A DNA stretch of 64,000 nt from Squalus acanthias (lineage: Eukaryota): contig CM059432.1 in assembly GCA_030390025.1 (NCBI GenBank), positions 1,116,001 through 1,180,000 on the forward strand, read 5' to 3'. The position numbers and the translations under genes are program-made. The notes below the pieces were generated by a model, which was not told the origin of the DNA, did not search any database, and was given only the letters and a program-made list of their open reading frames with translations. Within the stretch, counting starts at the first letter, position 1. The number at the start of each line of letters is the position of its first letter. This document shows, in pieces, positions 36,545 through 49,524 of the stretch.

Positions 36545-37419
36545 GGGGGAAAAATTCAGTATCGCCCCATTTGGGGTGCAATTATCGGCGGGCGTAAAGA
36601 TTAGCTAATTATCACCTCCGACTGCAAACTTGGCTTTTATCGCCCCTGGAGGTGATTGAAGCGCTAAATCAGGCGCTACACATCTGTCTTAAGGCGCAAA
36701 GGCCGAGGAGCGAGGCGCTACCTCAGAGCGCTGGCGAAGCTCATGTGATGTCAGTCAGCAATGGAACACAGACACACTGGCGCCGGCCAATTCTTAAAGG
36801 GGAGGGTCGATCTTGCTCTCCATCCACACCCTGCTCATTGCAGCCTTGAATCTCGGCCTGGAGAGACCTGTACATCAAATCTGCTGGAAAGAACAATGGA
36901 GAGGCCCAGGGAAAGAGCTGAGTGCAGCCCCCATATTCTCTTCTAAATCTATGCAAGGAAGATCAAGTCAGAAAGAACCTGCAAAGTGCTGCTCAGTACC
37001 CAAAACTCCTCAACACAGCTTTGAATATCTCCTGCAGTCTCTCTCACGAGGAATGCGTGGTGCAAAAATTTCGCCAACAAAAAAGGCAGGAAGCGGTCGC
37101 CTTTAAATAGCGCTCCCCCAGTCCCTTCCCGACTGCAAAACACTCCCCTCAACCTGTCGATGCTAGCGGCAGGCGGTAAGACAGGGGGCGCCACTCAATA
37201 TCCAGTCCGGGGCGCTACTGGGGCGTTGCACTCTCGACTGACGTCACAATCTGCCGGCGCAGAAAATCGTGGCGGTAGTGATTAGTGCCGCTGCAAAATG
37301 TCTAGTTAATTTTGTGAGTGGCGCAAACATCGCCGCGCACGGGCGCTAGTTGCTATGTGCCCCATTAGCGCCCTCTTAAGGCGCTAACGGGAGGTGCAAA
37401 CCAACCGAATTTTTCCGTC
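36545..37419. mobile_element. PIF/Harbinger-like non-autonomous element
   Basis: GC-rich island with imperfect TIRs gggggaaaaattc / gaatttttccgtc and TAA on both sides (36542-36544, 37420-37422). Confidence 0.65.
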
Positions 37420-37918
37420 TAAATGTCTAAAACATAGTTTTGAAGTGCTCAAGTCTCTGAATTTCATCTGACAGTTGAAATAGCAGGTATGAGAGAGCAG
37501 ACTGGTTAAATGAAGCATTCAAGTTGTGGTTAGAGACTAGACGTTACTTTTCCTTTGCGCCCTGCTCTACCATCCAACAAATTTTGACAAATTGACCACT
37601 TTCGTACACCAGACTTTGTGTCCCATTTGTAAACTCAGTCTATATAAAAAGGTTGACTGCATTAATTTTTTAATACTGACTCAATGAAATCATTATCTCC
37701 CACGTATGTAAGGGCAGTGTATGTTTTGAGGGCTGTGTTTGTCTCTTAACTTGGGCTGTCCTGACTTGGTTTTCATTGCACATTGCTCTATGGCTATGGT
37801 GGGTAAAGCATTTTATGGCATTAGTTTTACTTGACCAAAAGACACGATTTTACAAGAAAGGAAATTGATACAGCGAGGCCTCAATATGTCATGTTTTGCA
37901 ATTGGTTAAGTATCCACT

Positions 37919-38390
37919 GTGTCAGCTAGTGGCTCAGTTGGTAGCACCCACACTTCTGAATCAGAAAGTTGTGGCTTCAAGTCCACTCCAGAGACTTGAG
38001 CACAAGATCCAGGCTGACACTGCAGTGCAGTACTGAGGGAGTGCTGCACTGTCGGAGGTGCCGTCTTTCGGATGAGACGTGAAACCGAGGCCCCGTCTGC
38101 CCCCTCAGGTGGACGTAAAAGATCCTATGGCATTATTTTTGAAGAAGAGCAAGGGTGTTCTCCCTGGTGTCCTAGCCAATATTTATCCCTCAATCAACAT
38201 CACTAAAACAGATTATCTGGTCATTATCACATTGCTGTTTGTGGGAGCTTGCTGTGTGCAAATTGGCTGCCGTGTTTCCTACATTACAACAGTAACTACA
38301 CTTCAAAAGTAGTTCATTGGCTGTAAAGCGCTTTGGGACATCCGGTGGTCGTGAAAGGCGCTATAGAAATGCAAGTCTTGTTTTTTTTCT
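37919..38390 (+). mobile_element. Deu-SINE (SacSINE1-like), full length
   Basis: Head, Deu domain and tail. Confidence 0.9.
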
Positions 38391-38865
38391 TTTCACTGTG
38401 AGGTTTACTTACTACAATGAAAATATCGCATGTGGCCTTCTTGGGTTGAGCAATCCTGCTGATTAAGCTGAATTGACCCTACACACATTAAACATCAGTT
38501 TCAGATTTGAACTGCTGAAAAGGCTAAAATTAAAAATAGTACTGCAAGTAAAAGTACGGCATAGTCATTTATAAAAAATAAATAAATTCTGTTTTGCAAC
38601 ACTTGCACACATTAGATTCTCGCTACCTATCGCCAACTGGTCAAGATTAAGATCCTCTTACTTGGAATAGCACTCACCAGTGAAGTGAAGGAATAGTGGA
38701 AAAGCACCGTTGTCTTGTGCTGTAGACTTAGCCTACTTAATTTTCATAGAATCATACATCACAGAAGGAGGCCATTTGGCCCATCGTGCCTGTGCCAGCT
38801 CTTTGAAAGAGCAATTAATTAGTCCCACTCCCTGCTCTTTCCCCATAGCCCTGCAAATTTTTATT

Positions 38866-39530
38866 AAGGTAGCAGGACAGGTAGATAAGTTGGTTAAGAA
38901 GGCATACAGGATACTTTCCTTTTGAGCCGAGGTACGGAATATAATGCAGGAGGTTATGCTTGAACTGGATAAAACACTAGTTAGGCCACAGCTAGAGTAC
39001 TGCGTACCGTTCTGATCACCACATTACAGGAAAGATGTGATTGCACTAGAGAGGGTACAGAGGAGATTTACGAGGATGTTGCCAGGATTGGAGAATTTTA
39101 GCCATGAGGAAAAATTGGATTGGCTGGGGTTGTTTTCTTTAGAACAGAGGAGGCTGAGGGGAGTCTTAATTGAGGTGGATAAAATTGAGGGGCCTAGATA
39201 GAGTGGATAGGAAGGACCTATTTCCCTTAGCAGAGAGGTCAATAATTCGGGGGCATAGATTTAAAGTACAGTAATTGGTAGAAGGATTAGAGGGGAGTTG
39301 AGAACTTTTTTCACCCAGAGGGTGGTGGGGGGTCTGGAACTCGCTGCCTGAAAGGGTGGCAGAGGCAGAAACCCTCACCACATTTAAAAAGTACTTGGAA
39401 GTGCCGTAACCTCCAGGGCTATGGATCAAGAGCTGGAAAGTGGGATTAGGCTGGATAGCTCTTTGTCAGCCGGCACAGACACGATGGGCTGAATGGCTTC
39501 CTTCTGTGCTGTAAACTTCTATGATTCTAC
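38866..39530 (+). mobile_element. CR1 LINE 3' end (left arm of long inverted repeat)
   Basis: ORF2 C-terminal motifs and tail; reverse-complement match to 51908-52511. Confidence 0.88.
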
Positions 39531-40846
39531 AATACTATATACATTATCACAGTTAATGGCAAATCAAGGTTACAAATACAATGAAGGAAGAGATCACTTC
39601 CCATATTTGAAAACATACAACGGAACAAATTATTTTTTTTATCTAAGGATCAATGGTGCTAATTAAAATTGAGGAAATAAACCAATTTGATCTTGATCAA
39701 AGAGCAATCTCATCTTTATGGCAAATGGCGGCCTCCTGTGCTGTAAACTTCTATGATTCTATGATAATCACTTAAGAAATACTTTCTTTTAAAATCTGCA
39801 AACCTTTTTACAGCACATAGGAAAGAGGGCGAAATAGCCAATAAATAACATTCCATATTAATGCAGTTTTTCAATAGCCTAGTGGATCGATGGCATAAAG
39901 CCATGCAGGGCGGAAGGTTGCGAGTTTTGATTCCTTGCGGAGTTGGCTTGGGCCAGCTGGATTGCTGCAGTTGATTGTGGTGCTCCTGGTCTAGGGAGGC
40001 GATAAATAATTATGGCTCACGTTCAAGTCCGATTCCCTGTAAAACCTGTCAATCTAGCAGTCAATTGCTGTTCCAAGTAAAGGCTGAGAATTTTTAATTT
40101 CAACTTGGAAGAGGCAAGTGGCTGCTATCTATATAGAGATTCTGGAATAAATATGACTATAACTGACAGGGGAAATGTTCACTCTCCAGGCCTGACTCTA
40201 AAATTGGGAAGGTTGCCTAATGGTATAAGTCTTCTAAAAGATTACCAGAAAAGGGCATCCCATTAATTCTCAGCTATTCAGATCTTGTGACCCTGAAAGC
40301 AATAGGTGCAATATGTAGTCCTGCGTCTTTCTTCGTTTTATAGCCTGAAAGGACGTCATCCTTTTAAATAAATTAATCTGATCGTGCAGTAAAATGAAGG
40401 GGAGGGTAATTTCTCCATGCCTCTGTACATTTACAGGTGTAATTATTTTGATTTTTGAGATACTTATACTTGGAAAGTAAAGGCTTCTTCTCTGAAAGAA
40501 TCATTTTACAAGTTACAGAATTTGAAGTGCCGGAACCTGCAGGGCTATGGACCAAGAGTGGGAAAGTGGGATTAGGCTGGAGAGCTCTTTTTTGACTGGC
40601 ACAGATATGATGGGCCGAATGGCCTCATTCTGTGCCCTAAATTCCTATGATATGAATTAAAAATTCATTGCTAGAATGAATGGTGTCAGGATGTTATTTT
40701 TGATTTACATAAGAAATGGTAAGACCTTAGTATATATTTTTACAATATTGAATTACTGTAGTTAATGCCTCTGGCTACTGTATATTTTGATGTTGATTAC
40801 ATTTATTGAACATCCATGTTAGCAAATGTGATCTCATTAGGCATAA

Positions 40847-41071
<225 letters not shown>

Positions 41072-41344
41072 TAGTGCTATTCAATGCCCAATAATATATA
41101 TATATAAATAATGAGAGAACACTTTCTTCAGTGTTCACATTGCAAGCATATTCTCGCTTCTAATTATACAGTATGAAAGAATGGCAACATTTAACTGTTT
41201 TCATAATTAACTTTTAAAAGCACTGTGGAGCATACTGTGTGACTTGGCTCTTTCTAGGCTGTAAAAGTAGGTGTTCTAATTTCCCCCGAGTTCACTTATT
41301 AACACATTGAATAACATTCCTTTTGTGCACTGTGCATGCCCTCT

Positions 41345-44300
41345 TCGAGCTCATCTTGTCCGTAAGACCCACCCTGCTCTCGCGACCCTATTCCCACTAA
41401 ACTATCCTCGCCTGGTTCCACTCTTGCCTATCCAGTCGTAGCTAGAAATTCCCGTTGCCTCTGGGGTTCCCCCAAGGATCTATCGATAGGCCCCTCCTAT
41501 TTCTTATCTACATGCTGCCCCTCGGTGACCTCATCCAAAAACACAACATCAGGTTCCACATAAACGCTGACGACACCGAGCTCCTGCTGACAATTACCTT
41601 TCTCGACCACGCCACTGTCTTGTTGTCAGACTGTTTGTCCAACATCCAGTCCCACATAGAAACATAGAACAGTACAGCACAGTACAGGCCCTTCGGCCCT
41701 CGATGTTGTGCCGAGCATTGTCCGAGACCAAGATCAAGCTATCACACTCCCTATCACTCTGGTGTGCTCCATGTGCTTATCCAATAACCGCTTGAAAGTT
41801 CCTAAAGTGTCCGACTCCACTATCACAGCAGGCAGTCCATTCCACACCCCAACCACTCTCTGAGTAAAGAATCTACCTCGGACATCCCTTCTATATCTCC
41901 CCCCATGCACCTTATAGTTATGCCCCCTTGTAACAGCTGCCTCTACCCGAGGAAATAGTCTCTGAACATCCACTCTATCTATCCCCCTCATCATCTTATA
42001 AACCTCTATTAAGTCGCCTCTCATCCTCCTCCGCTCTAAAGAGAAAAGCCCCAACTCCCTCAATCTTTCCTCATAAGACCTCCCCCCCCAAACCAGGCAG
42101 CATCCTGGTAAATCTCCTTTGCACTCTTTCCAATGCTTCCACGTCCTTCCTATAGTGAGGTGACCAGAACTGCACACAATATTCCAAATGTGGTCTCACC
42201 AAGGTCCTGTACAGTTGCAGCATAACCTCACGGTTCTTAAACTCAAACCCTCTGTTAATAAACGCCAACACACCATAGGCCTTCTTTACTGCTCTATCCA
42301 CTTGAGTGGCAACCTTCAGAGATCTGTGGATATGAACCCCCAGATCCCTCTGCTCCTCCACGTTCCTCAGAACCCTGCCGTTGACCCTGTAATCCTTATT
42401 CAAATTTGCCCTACCAAAATGAATCACCTCGCACTTATCAGGGTTAAATTCCATCTGCCATTTTTCGGCCCAGCTCTGCATCCTATCAATGTCTCTTTGC
42501 AGCCTACAACAGCCCTCCACCTCATCCACTGCTCCACCAATCTTGGTGTCATCAGCAAATTTACTGATCCACCCTTCAGTCCCCTCCTCCAAGTCATTGA
42601 TAAAAATCACAAACAGCAGAGGACCCAGCACCGACCCCTGTGGCACACCGCTGGTAACTGGTCTCCAGTCCGAAAATGTTCCATCCACCACCACCCTCTG
42701 CCTTCTATGAGATAGCCAGTTACTTATCCAATCGGCCAAATTTCCCTCTATCCCACAACTCCTTACTTTCTTCATGAGACGACCATGGGGAACCTTATCA
42801 AACGCCTTACTAAAATCCATGTATACGACATCAACTGCTCTACCTTCATCTACACACTTAGTTACCTCCTCAAAGAATTCAATCAAATTTGTTAGGCAAG
42901 ACTTACCCTTCACGAATCCGTGTTGACTATCCCTGATTAAGTTGCCCCTTTCCAAATGGTCATAAATCCTATCCCTCAGGACCTTTTCCATTATCTTACC
43001 AACCACCGAAGTAAGACTAACCGGCCTATAATTACCAGGGTCATTCCTATTTCCTTTCTTGAAGAGAGGAACAACATTCGCCACTCTCCAGTCCTCTGGC
43101 ACCATCCCCGTGGACAGTGAGGACCCAAAGATCAAAGCCAGAGGCTCTGCAATCTCCTCCCTTGCCTCCCAAAGAATCCTAGGATATATCCCATCTGGCC
43201 CAGGGGACTTATCGACCCTCAGGTTCTTCAAAATTGCTAAAACATCTTCCCTCAGAACATCTACCACCTCCAGCCTATCCACCTTTATCACACTCTCATC
43301 CTCAAGAACATGGCCCCTCTCCTCGGTGAACACTGACGAAAAGTATTCATTCATCACCTCTCCTATCTCTTCTGACTCCATGCACAAGTTCCCACTACTG
43401 TCCTTGACCGGCCCTACCCTCACCCTGGTCATTCTTTTATTTCTCACATAAGAGTAAAAAGCCTTGGGGTTTTTCTTGATCCGACCCGCCAAGGACTTCT
43501 CATGCCCCCTCCTAGCTCTCCTAAGCTCTTTTTTTAGCTCATTCCTTGCTACCTTGTACCCCTCAATCGACCCAACTGAACCTTGTTTTCTCATCCTTAC
43601 ATACGCTTCCTTTTTCCTCTTGACTAGACATTCAACCTCTTTTGTGAACCATGGTTCTCTCACTCGGCCATTTCCTCCCTGCCTGACAGGGACATACCTA
43701 TCAAGGACACGCAGTAATTGCTCCATGAAAAAGCTCCACTTTTCGTTTGTGCCTTTCCCTGATAGTTTCTGTTCCCATCTTATACTCCCTAATTCTTGCC
43801 TAATCGCATCATAATTACCCCTCCCCCAATTATAAACCCTGCCCTGCCGTATGGCCCTATCCCTCTCCATTGCAATAGTGAAAGTTACCGAATTGTGGTC
43901 ACGATCTCCAAAGTGCTCTCCCACATACAAATCAAACACTTGGCCCGGTTCATTACCCAGTACCAAATCCAACGTGGCCCCACCTCTTGTCGGCCTATCC
44001 ACATATTGTGTCAGGAAACCCTCCTGCACACACTGTGCAAAAACTATCCCATCCGAACTGTTTGACCTATAAAGGTTCCAATCAATATTTGGAAAGTTGA
44101 AGTCACCCATGACAACTACTCTGTGACCTCCACACCTATTCATAATCTGCTTTGCAATTTCTTCCTCCACATCTTTATTACTATTTGGGGCCTGTAGAAA
44201 ACTCCTAACAACGTGACCGCTCCTTTCCTATTTCTAACTTCAGCCCATATTACCTCAGACGGCAGATCCCCCTCGAACTGCCTTTCTGCCGCTGTTAAAC

Positions 44301-45345
44301 TATCCTTGATTAACAATGCTACTCCTCCACCTTTCTTACCAACTTCCCTACTCTTACTGAAACATCTATACCCCGGAACTTCCAACAACCATTCCTGTCC
44401 CTGTTCTAACCATGTCTCCGTAATGGCCACCACATCGTAGTCCCAAGTACCAATCCACGCTCCAAGTTCTCCTACCTTATTCCGGATGCTCCTTGCATTG
44501 AAGTAGACACACTTCAAGCCACCTTCCTGTCTGCCGGTACATTCCTGCGACCTTGATACCCTCCTCAGTACCTCCCTACACTCACCACTGGCTCGTGGAC
44601 TACAGCCCTTTTTCCCATCCCCCTGACAAATTAGTTTAAACCCCCCCGAAGAGCCGTAGCAAATTTCCCTCCCAGGATATTGGTGCCCCTCTGGTTCAGG
44701 TGCAAACCGTCCTGTTTGTACAGGTCCCACCTTCCCCAGAATGTGCTCCAATTATCCACATAACTGAAACCCTCCCCGCTACACCATCCCTGCAGCCACG
44801 TGTTTATCTGCACTCTCTCCCACATAAGCAGAAATTTCCTCCAGTTAAACATTGGGAGGACTGAAACCATTGTCTTCGGCCCCGTCACAAACTCCTTTCA
44901 TCCAAAACTCTTCTCATATATTCTATCCTGCACCAAGCCCTTCTCATTCAACACTTGCTGATCTGCAATTTGGCTCCCAGTCCCCCAACACCTCAAATTT
45001 AAAGTTCTTACCTTGGTACCTGTATTTGAATTCCTTCATTCGCTGTGTCCACAATTGCCTCCAGCACTAAGCCCGCCCCACTGAACTCTCCATTTGTCTC
45101 TTTTGCATCTCTCCTTTGCCCAACCATTGGCAGCTGTAATTCAGGCCGCTGGACCGTGTGCACTGGACGTCCTCCCTAAACTCCCCTGCCTCTCCCTTTT
45201 AAGACTCTCTCCAAAACCCACCTCTTTGACCAAGCTTATGGTCACCCCTCCTAACAGCTCCTTCTTTGCCTTGCCATCTGTTTTTTCTTTAAAAGTGCTT
45301 TGGGACGCTTGTCTACATTAAATGTGCTATATACATGCAAATTAT
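41345..45345 (+). mobile_element. Degenerate L2 LINE split by a young CR1
   Basis: GFPQGS...NADDTEL...CLSNIQ continues after 44826 as RNFLQLNIG; L2-like tail ~45340. Confidence 0.75.
41659..44817 (-). mobile_element. CR1 LINE: ORF1 C-terminus (esterase) plus complete ORF2 (APE + RT) with two frameshifts
   Basis: DGLHLN esterase motif; KCVYFNARSI, ITETWL, MGDFN (APE); [21 protein letters not shown] (RT). 9-bp TSD tcccacata at 41650-41658 and 44818-44826. Confidence 0.95.
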
Positions 45346-45467
45346 TAACACTATTTTAAAATGGTTGTTAAAATAATAAGCAGAATTTTATACTAAACCA
45401 TTAGTGCAATACTAGAAGGAATTCAATTCTGGGAGAGATAACAAAAGAAGCCCATTGCTTGTATTCT

Positions 45468-45915
45468 ACCGTGGCTCAGTGGGTAGCATTCTCGCCTCTG
45501 ATTCAGAAGGTTGTGGGTTCAAGTACCCACTCCAGAGACTTGAGCATAAAAATCAAGGCTGACACTCCAGTGCAGTGCTGAGAGAGTGCTGCACTATTGG
45601 AGGTGACGTCTTTCGGATGAGACGTTAAGCTGAGGCCCCGTTGTGATGTAAAAGATCCCATGGCACTATTTCAAAGAAGAGGATGGGCATTCTTCCAGGT
45701 GTCCTGGCCAATATTTATCCCTCAACCAACATCACTAAAACAGATTATCTGGTCATTATCACATTGCTGTTAGTGGGAGCTTGCTGTGTACAAATTGGCT
45801 GCCGCATTTCCTACATTACAACAGTGACTACACTTCAAAAAACACTTAATTGGCTATAAGACGCTTTGGGACGTCCTGAGGTTGTGAAAGGCGCTATATA
45901 AATGTAAGTCTTCCT
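45468..45915 (+). mobile_element. Deu-SINE (SacSINE1-like)
   Basis: Head, Deu domain and tail. Confidence 0.88.
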
Positions 45916-46630
45916 TTTTATATACGTGTGTATGTATATCTATCCTTTTTGAGGTTTTAAATTTCAACCTCAACGGTGGATACAACAACAGCTTGCATTT
46001 ATATGGCGTTGTTAACATAGTAAAACGCCCCACGGTGCTTATAATATAATACAGAAACAGCTCGCATATTTCAAGGATTTAAAGATCCCAAGTGACATTT
46101 GGAGCAGTGGACACAGAACAAGAGGTAACTAAAGACAGAAGTAAGTTTTGTTATGATTTTGAAGGTTGGGAGAGAGTTTGCAAGGCAGAGTTTTCACAAT
46201 AAGTTGCAAGTTATTGTGATTCAGACTTTCCAGTTCCTTTTCCCCCCCGTGCTTTGTGCAATCGTCAGTTTTCAGAAGTAACCATATGCTTCCTCTGAGC
46301 CAAAGCCTTGCCTTGTGTGTGAAGAATCTTGGATAACGGCCTCTGTGAACAATGGTGTGCACTGGATGTCGAATGGCAAAGTATGAAAACGCAAAGACTC
46401 GTCAAGATTACTATTATAAGATATAAAATTGAGATTACTGGCTTGAGTTGAATAATAAATAAAGGTAAAGATACTTGCACAATTAAAATGAATTTCAAAG
46501 ACTCAATTGTAGCAGATGGCCCCTTTCTATATTCATGAGTAGAGACATCCAGTGTTTGTTACTGAGGAAGTGCTAATGCTGACAATGTGTCACCTGCCCT
46601 TTCATACAAAACAGACTCCACTTTTCTGAT

Positions 46631-47091
46631 GCAAAAGCAAAATACTGCAGATGCTGGAAATCTGAAATAAAAACAAAAAATGCTGGAAATACTCAGCAGG
46701 TCAGGCAGCATCTTTTTTGTTTATTCATTCACGGGATGTGGGCGTCGCTGGCAGGGCCAGCATTTATTGCCCATCCCTAATTGCCCTTGAGAAGGTGGTG
46801 GTGAGCCACCGTTGCAGTCCGTGTGATGAAGGTACTCCCACAGTGCTGTTCGGGAGGGAGTGCCAGGATTTTGACCCAGCGACGATGAAGGAATGGTGAT
46901 GTATTTCCAAGTCAGGATGGTGTGAGACTTGGAGGTGGTGGTGTTCCCATGAGCCTGCTACCCTTGTCCTTCTAGGTGGTAGGGGTCGCAGGTTTAGGAG
47001 GTGCTGAATCGATCGACCTGAAACGTTAACTCGGTTTCTTTCTCCGCAGTTGCTGCCTGACCTGCTGAGTATTTCCAGAATTTTCTTTTTT
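46631..47091 (-). mobile_element. PLE family A fold-back insertion containing a LINE family C fragment (~46713-47006)
   Basis: Tail plus arm on the left, inverted arm on the right. 16-bp TSD actccacttttctgat/actccacatttctgat (46615-46630, 47092-47107). Confidence 0.8.
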
Positions 47092-47589
47092 ACTCCACAT
47101 TTCTGATTCTTGTTACCAGATCAAGCAAACAGGCCTGCTTTCTGACCGTATGCGTAGGATTACATAGACATTACTACATAGAAACCGCCCATTTGTCCCA
47201 ATCAGCCTGTGTTGGTGTTTATCCTCCACACAAGCAATAGTCCTAATCCCATGTGCCTGCCCTGTTCCCCTATCCCTTTATTCCCCTTTCCTTCAGCTAC
47301 CTGCCTAACCTGTTCTGAATTGTTGACATGATTTCTGCTTCAGCCACTAACTCCAGTTGTGTATTCCGCAGCGCCTCAACTCTTCTGTGTCAGAAAAATC
47401 AGAAAAGTGGTGCCTGTTTTGTATGAAAGGGCAGGCGACACATCGTCACCATTAGTGCTTCCTCAGTAGCGTAAACACTGGATGTCACCACTCATGAATA
47501 TAGAAAGGGGCCATCTGCTACGATTGCGTCTTTCAAATTTATTTTAATTGTGAAAGTATCTTGTGTTTATTATTGGCTTCAATTTCAAA

Positions 47590-48212
47590 AGGAGGGGTAG
47601 TCAAAGGAAGGGTGGGGCTGATTAGGGGCCAAAAAAGATCTACTTATGGAGGCAGAGGACATAGCTAAGGTACTAAATGAGTACTTTGTATCTGCTTTTA
47701 CTAAAGAAGAGGATGCTGCCAATGTCACAGTAAAGGAGGAGGTAGTAGAGAAATTGGATAGGATAAAAATAGATAAAGAGAAGATAATTAAAAGGTTGGC
47801 AACACTCAATATAGAATAGATGGGATGCATCCTAGGTTGCTGAGGGAAGTAAGGGTGGAAATTGCAGAGGCTCTGGCCACAAACTTCCAATCCTTCTTGT
47901 AAATAGGCGTGGTGCCAGAGGACTGGCGGATTACAAATGTTGCACCCTGTTCAAAAAAAGGGGAGAGGGTTAGACCTGGCAACTACAGGCCAGTCAGCCT
48001 AAAGTTGAGGAAACTTTGAGACAATAATCCGGGACAAAATTAATTGGCACTTAAAAATACGGGTTAATAAATGAAAACCAGCATGGATTTCGTGTTTGAC
48101 CAACTTAATTTGAGTTCTTTGAAGTAACGGAGAGGGTGGATGTGGGTAGTGCAGTTGCTAATGTGTATCTGGACTTTCTAAAGGTGTCTGATGAAGTACC
48201 ACGTAACAGATT
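47590..48212 (+). mobile_element. CR1 RT fragment, degenerate
   Basis: Matches 23700-24350. Confidence 0.75.
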
Positions 48213-48214
48213 AA

Positions 48215-48718
48215 GGGAATGGTAGTATAGTGGTAATGTCACTGGGCTCGTAATCCAGAGGCCTGAACTAATGATCCAGAGACGTGAATTCAAATCTCAC
48301 CACGGCAGCTGGGGAATTTAAATTCAGTTAATTAAGTAAATCTGGAATAAAAAGCTAGTATCAGTAATGAAACTATCGGATTTTGTAAAAACCCATCTTT
48401 AGGAAAGGAAATCTGTCGTCCTTACCTGGTCTGGCCTATATGTGACTCCAGACCCACGGCAATGTGGTTGACTCTTAACTGCCCTCTGAAATGGCCTAGC
48501 AAGACACTCAGTACTGAATCAGTACTCCTCCATGTTGAACACCACTTGGAAGAATGTACTCTGGGTGGGGGACTTCAATGTCCATCACCAAGAGTAGCAC
48601 CGTGACTGAGCTGGCCGAGTCCTGAAGGACATAACTGCCAGTCTGGGCCTGCGATAGGTGGTGAGAGAACTACTTGACCTCGTCCGCACCAATCTACCTG
48701 TCGTAGATGCATCTGTTC
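48215..48718 (+). mobile_element. tRNA-like head joined to a LINE APE remnant
   Basis: A-box-like tagtatagtgg and B-box-like gaattcaaatc. From ~48512: ESVLLHVEHHLEE, NVLWVGDFNVHHQE, LLDLV.TNLPV. Confidence 0.6.
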
Positions 48719-49456
48719 CTGAGATGTGGGTGTCACTGGCAAGGGCAGCATTTATTGCCCATCCCTAATTGCCCTTGAGAAGGTGGTGGTGAGCCGCCTT
48801 TTTGAACTGCTGCAGTCCGTGTGGTGAAGGTACTCCCTTAGTGCTGTGAGGGAGTTCCAGGATTTTGACCCAGCGGCGATGAGGGAACAGCAATATATTT
48901 CCAAGTCAGGATGGTGTGTAACTTGGAGGGGAATTTGGAGGTGATGGTGCTCCCATGCGCCTGCTGCCCTTGTCCTTCTAGGTGATAGAGGTGCTGTTAA
49001 AGTTAGGTTAGGCCCCAGCTCGAGTATTGTGGCCAATTCTTGCTCTTCCCTATCTCTGTAACCTCCTCCAGCCCTACAATCCTCGATCTCTGCGCTCCTC
49101 CAATTCCGGCCTCTTGCGTATCCCCTATTTTAATCACTCCAGCTGCCTAGGCCCTAAACTCTGGAATTACCTCCCTAAATCTTTCCATGTTTCTCTCCTC
49201 TTAAGACGCTCCTTAAAACCTAGCTTTTGGTCAGCTGTCCCTCCTTGTGTGGTTCGGTGTCAAATTGTGTCGATAATCTTTCCAGTGACGCTCCTTTGGA
49301 TGTTTTACTACATTAAAGGCGCTATATAACTGCAAGTTGTTGTTGCAGGCAGAGATGAGCCTCTGCGGCATACCCCTGCTGTGTCACACTGTTGCCTCGC
49401 TGCTGTTCCTTCCTTTGATCTTGTCGCAGTTTATGATCAATATGATTAAAGTCCCA

Positions 49457-49524
49457 AATAACAACAGAAAACGCTGGAAAAACTCAGCAGGCGAGGCAGC
49501 ATCCGTGGAGAGAGAAAGTCCCAG
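49457..49524. mobile_element. Single-arm PLE family A remnant
   Basis: Near-identical to the start of the 59246 left arm; 14-bp direct repeat tgattaaagtccca (49443-49456, 49525-49538). Confidence 0.75.

Noticed and set aside
39880..40045. Possible ancient SINE relic
   Set aside because: Too degenerate to assign by eye.
42071..44170. 699-aa ORF as a host gene
   Set aside because: It is CR1 ORF2 (APE/RT) inside a TSD-flanked, frameshifted retrotransposon.
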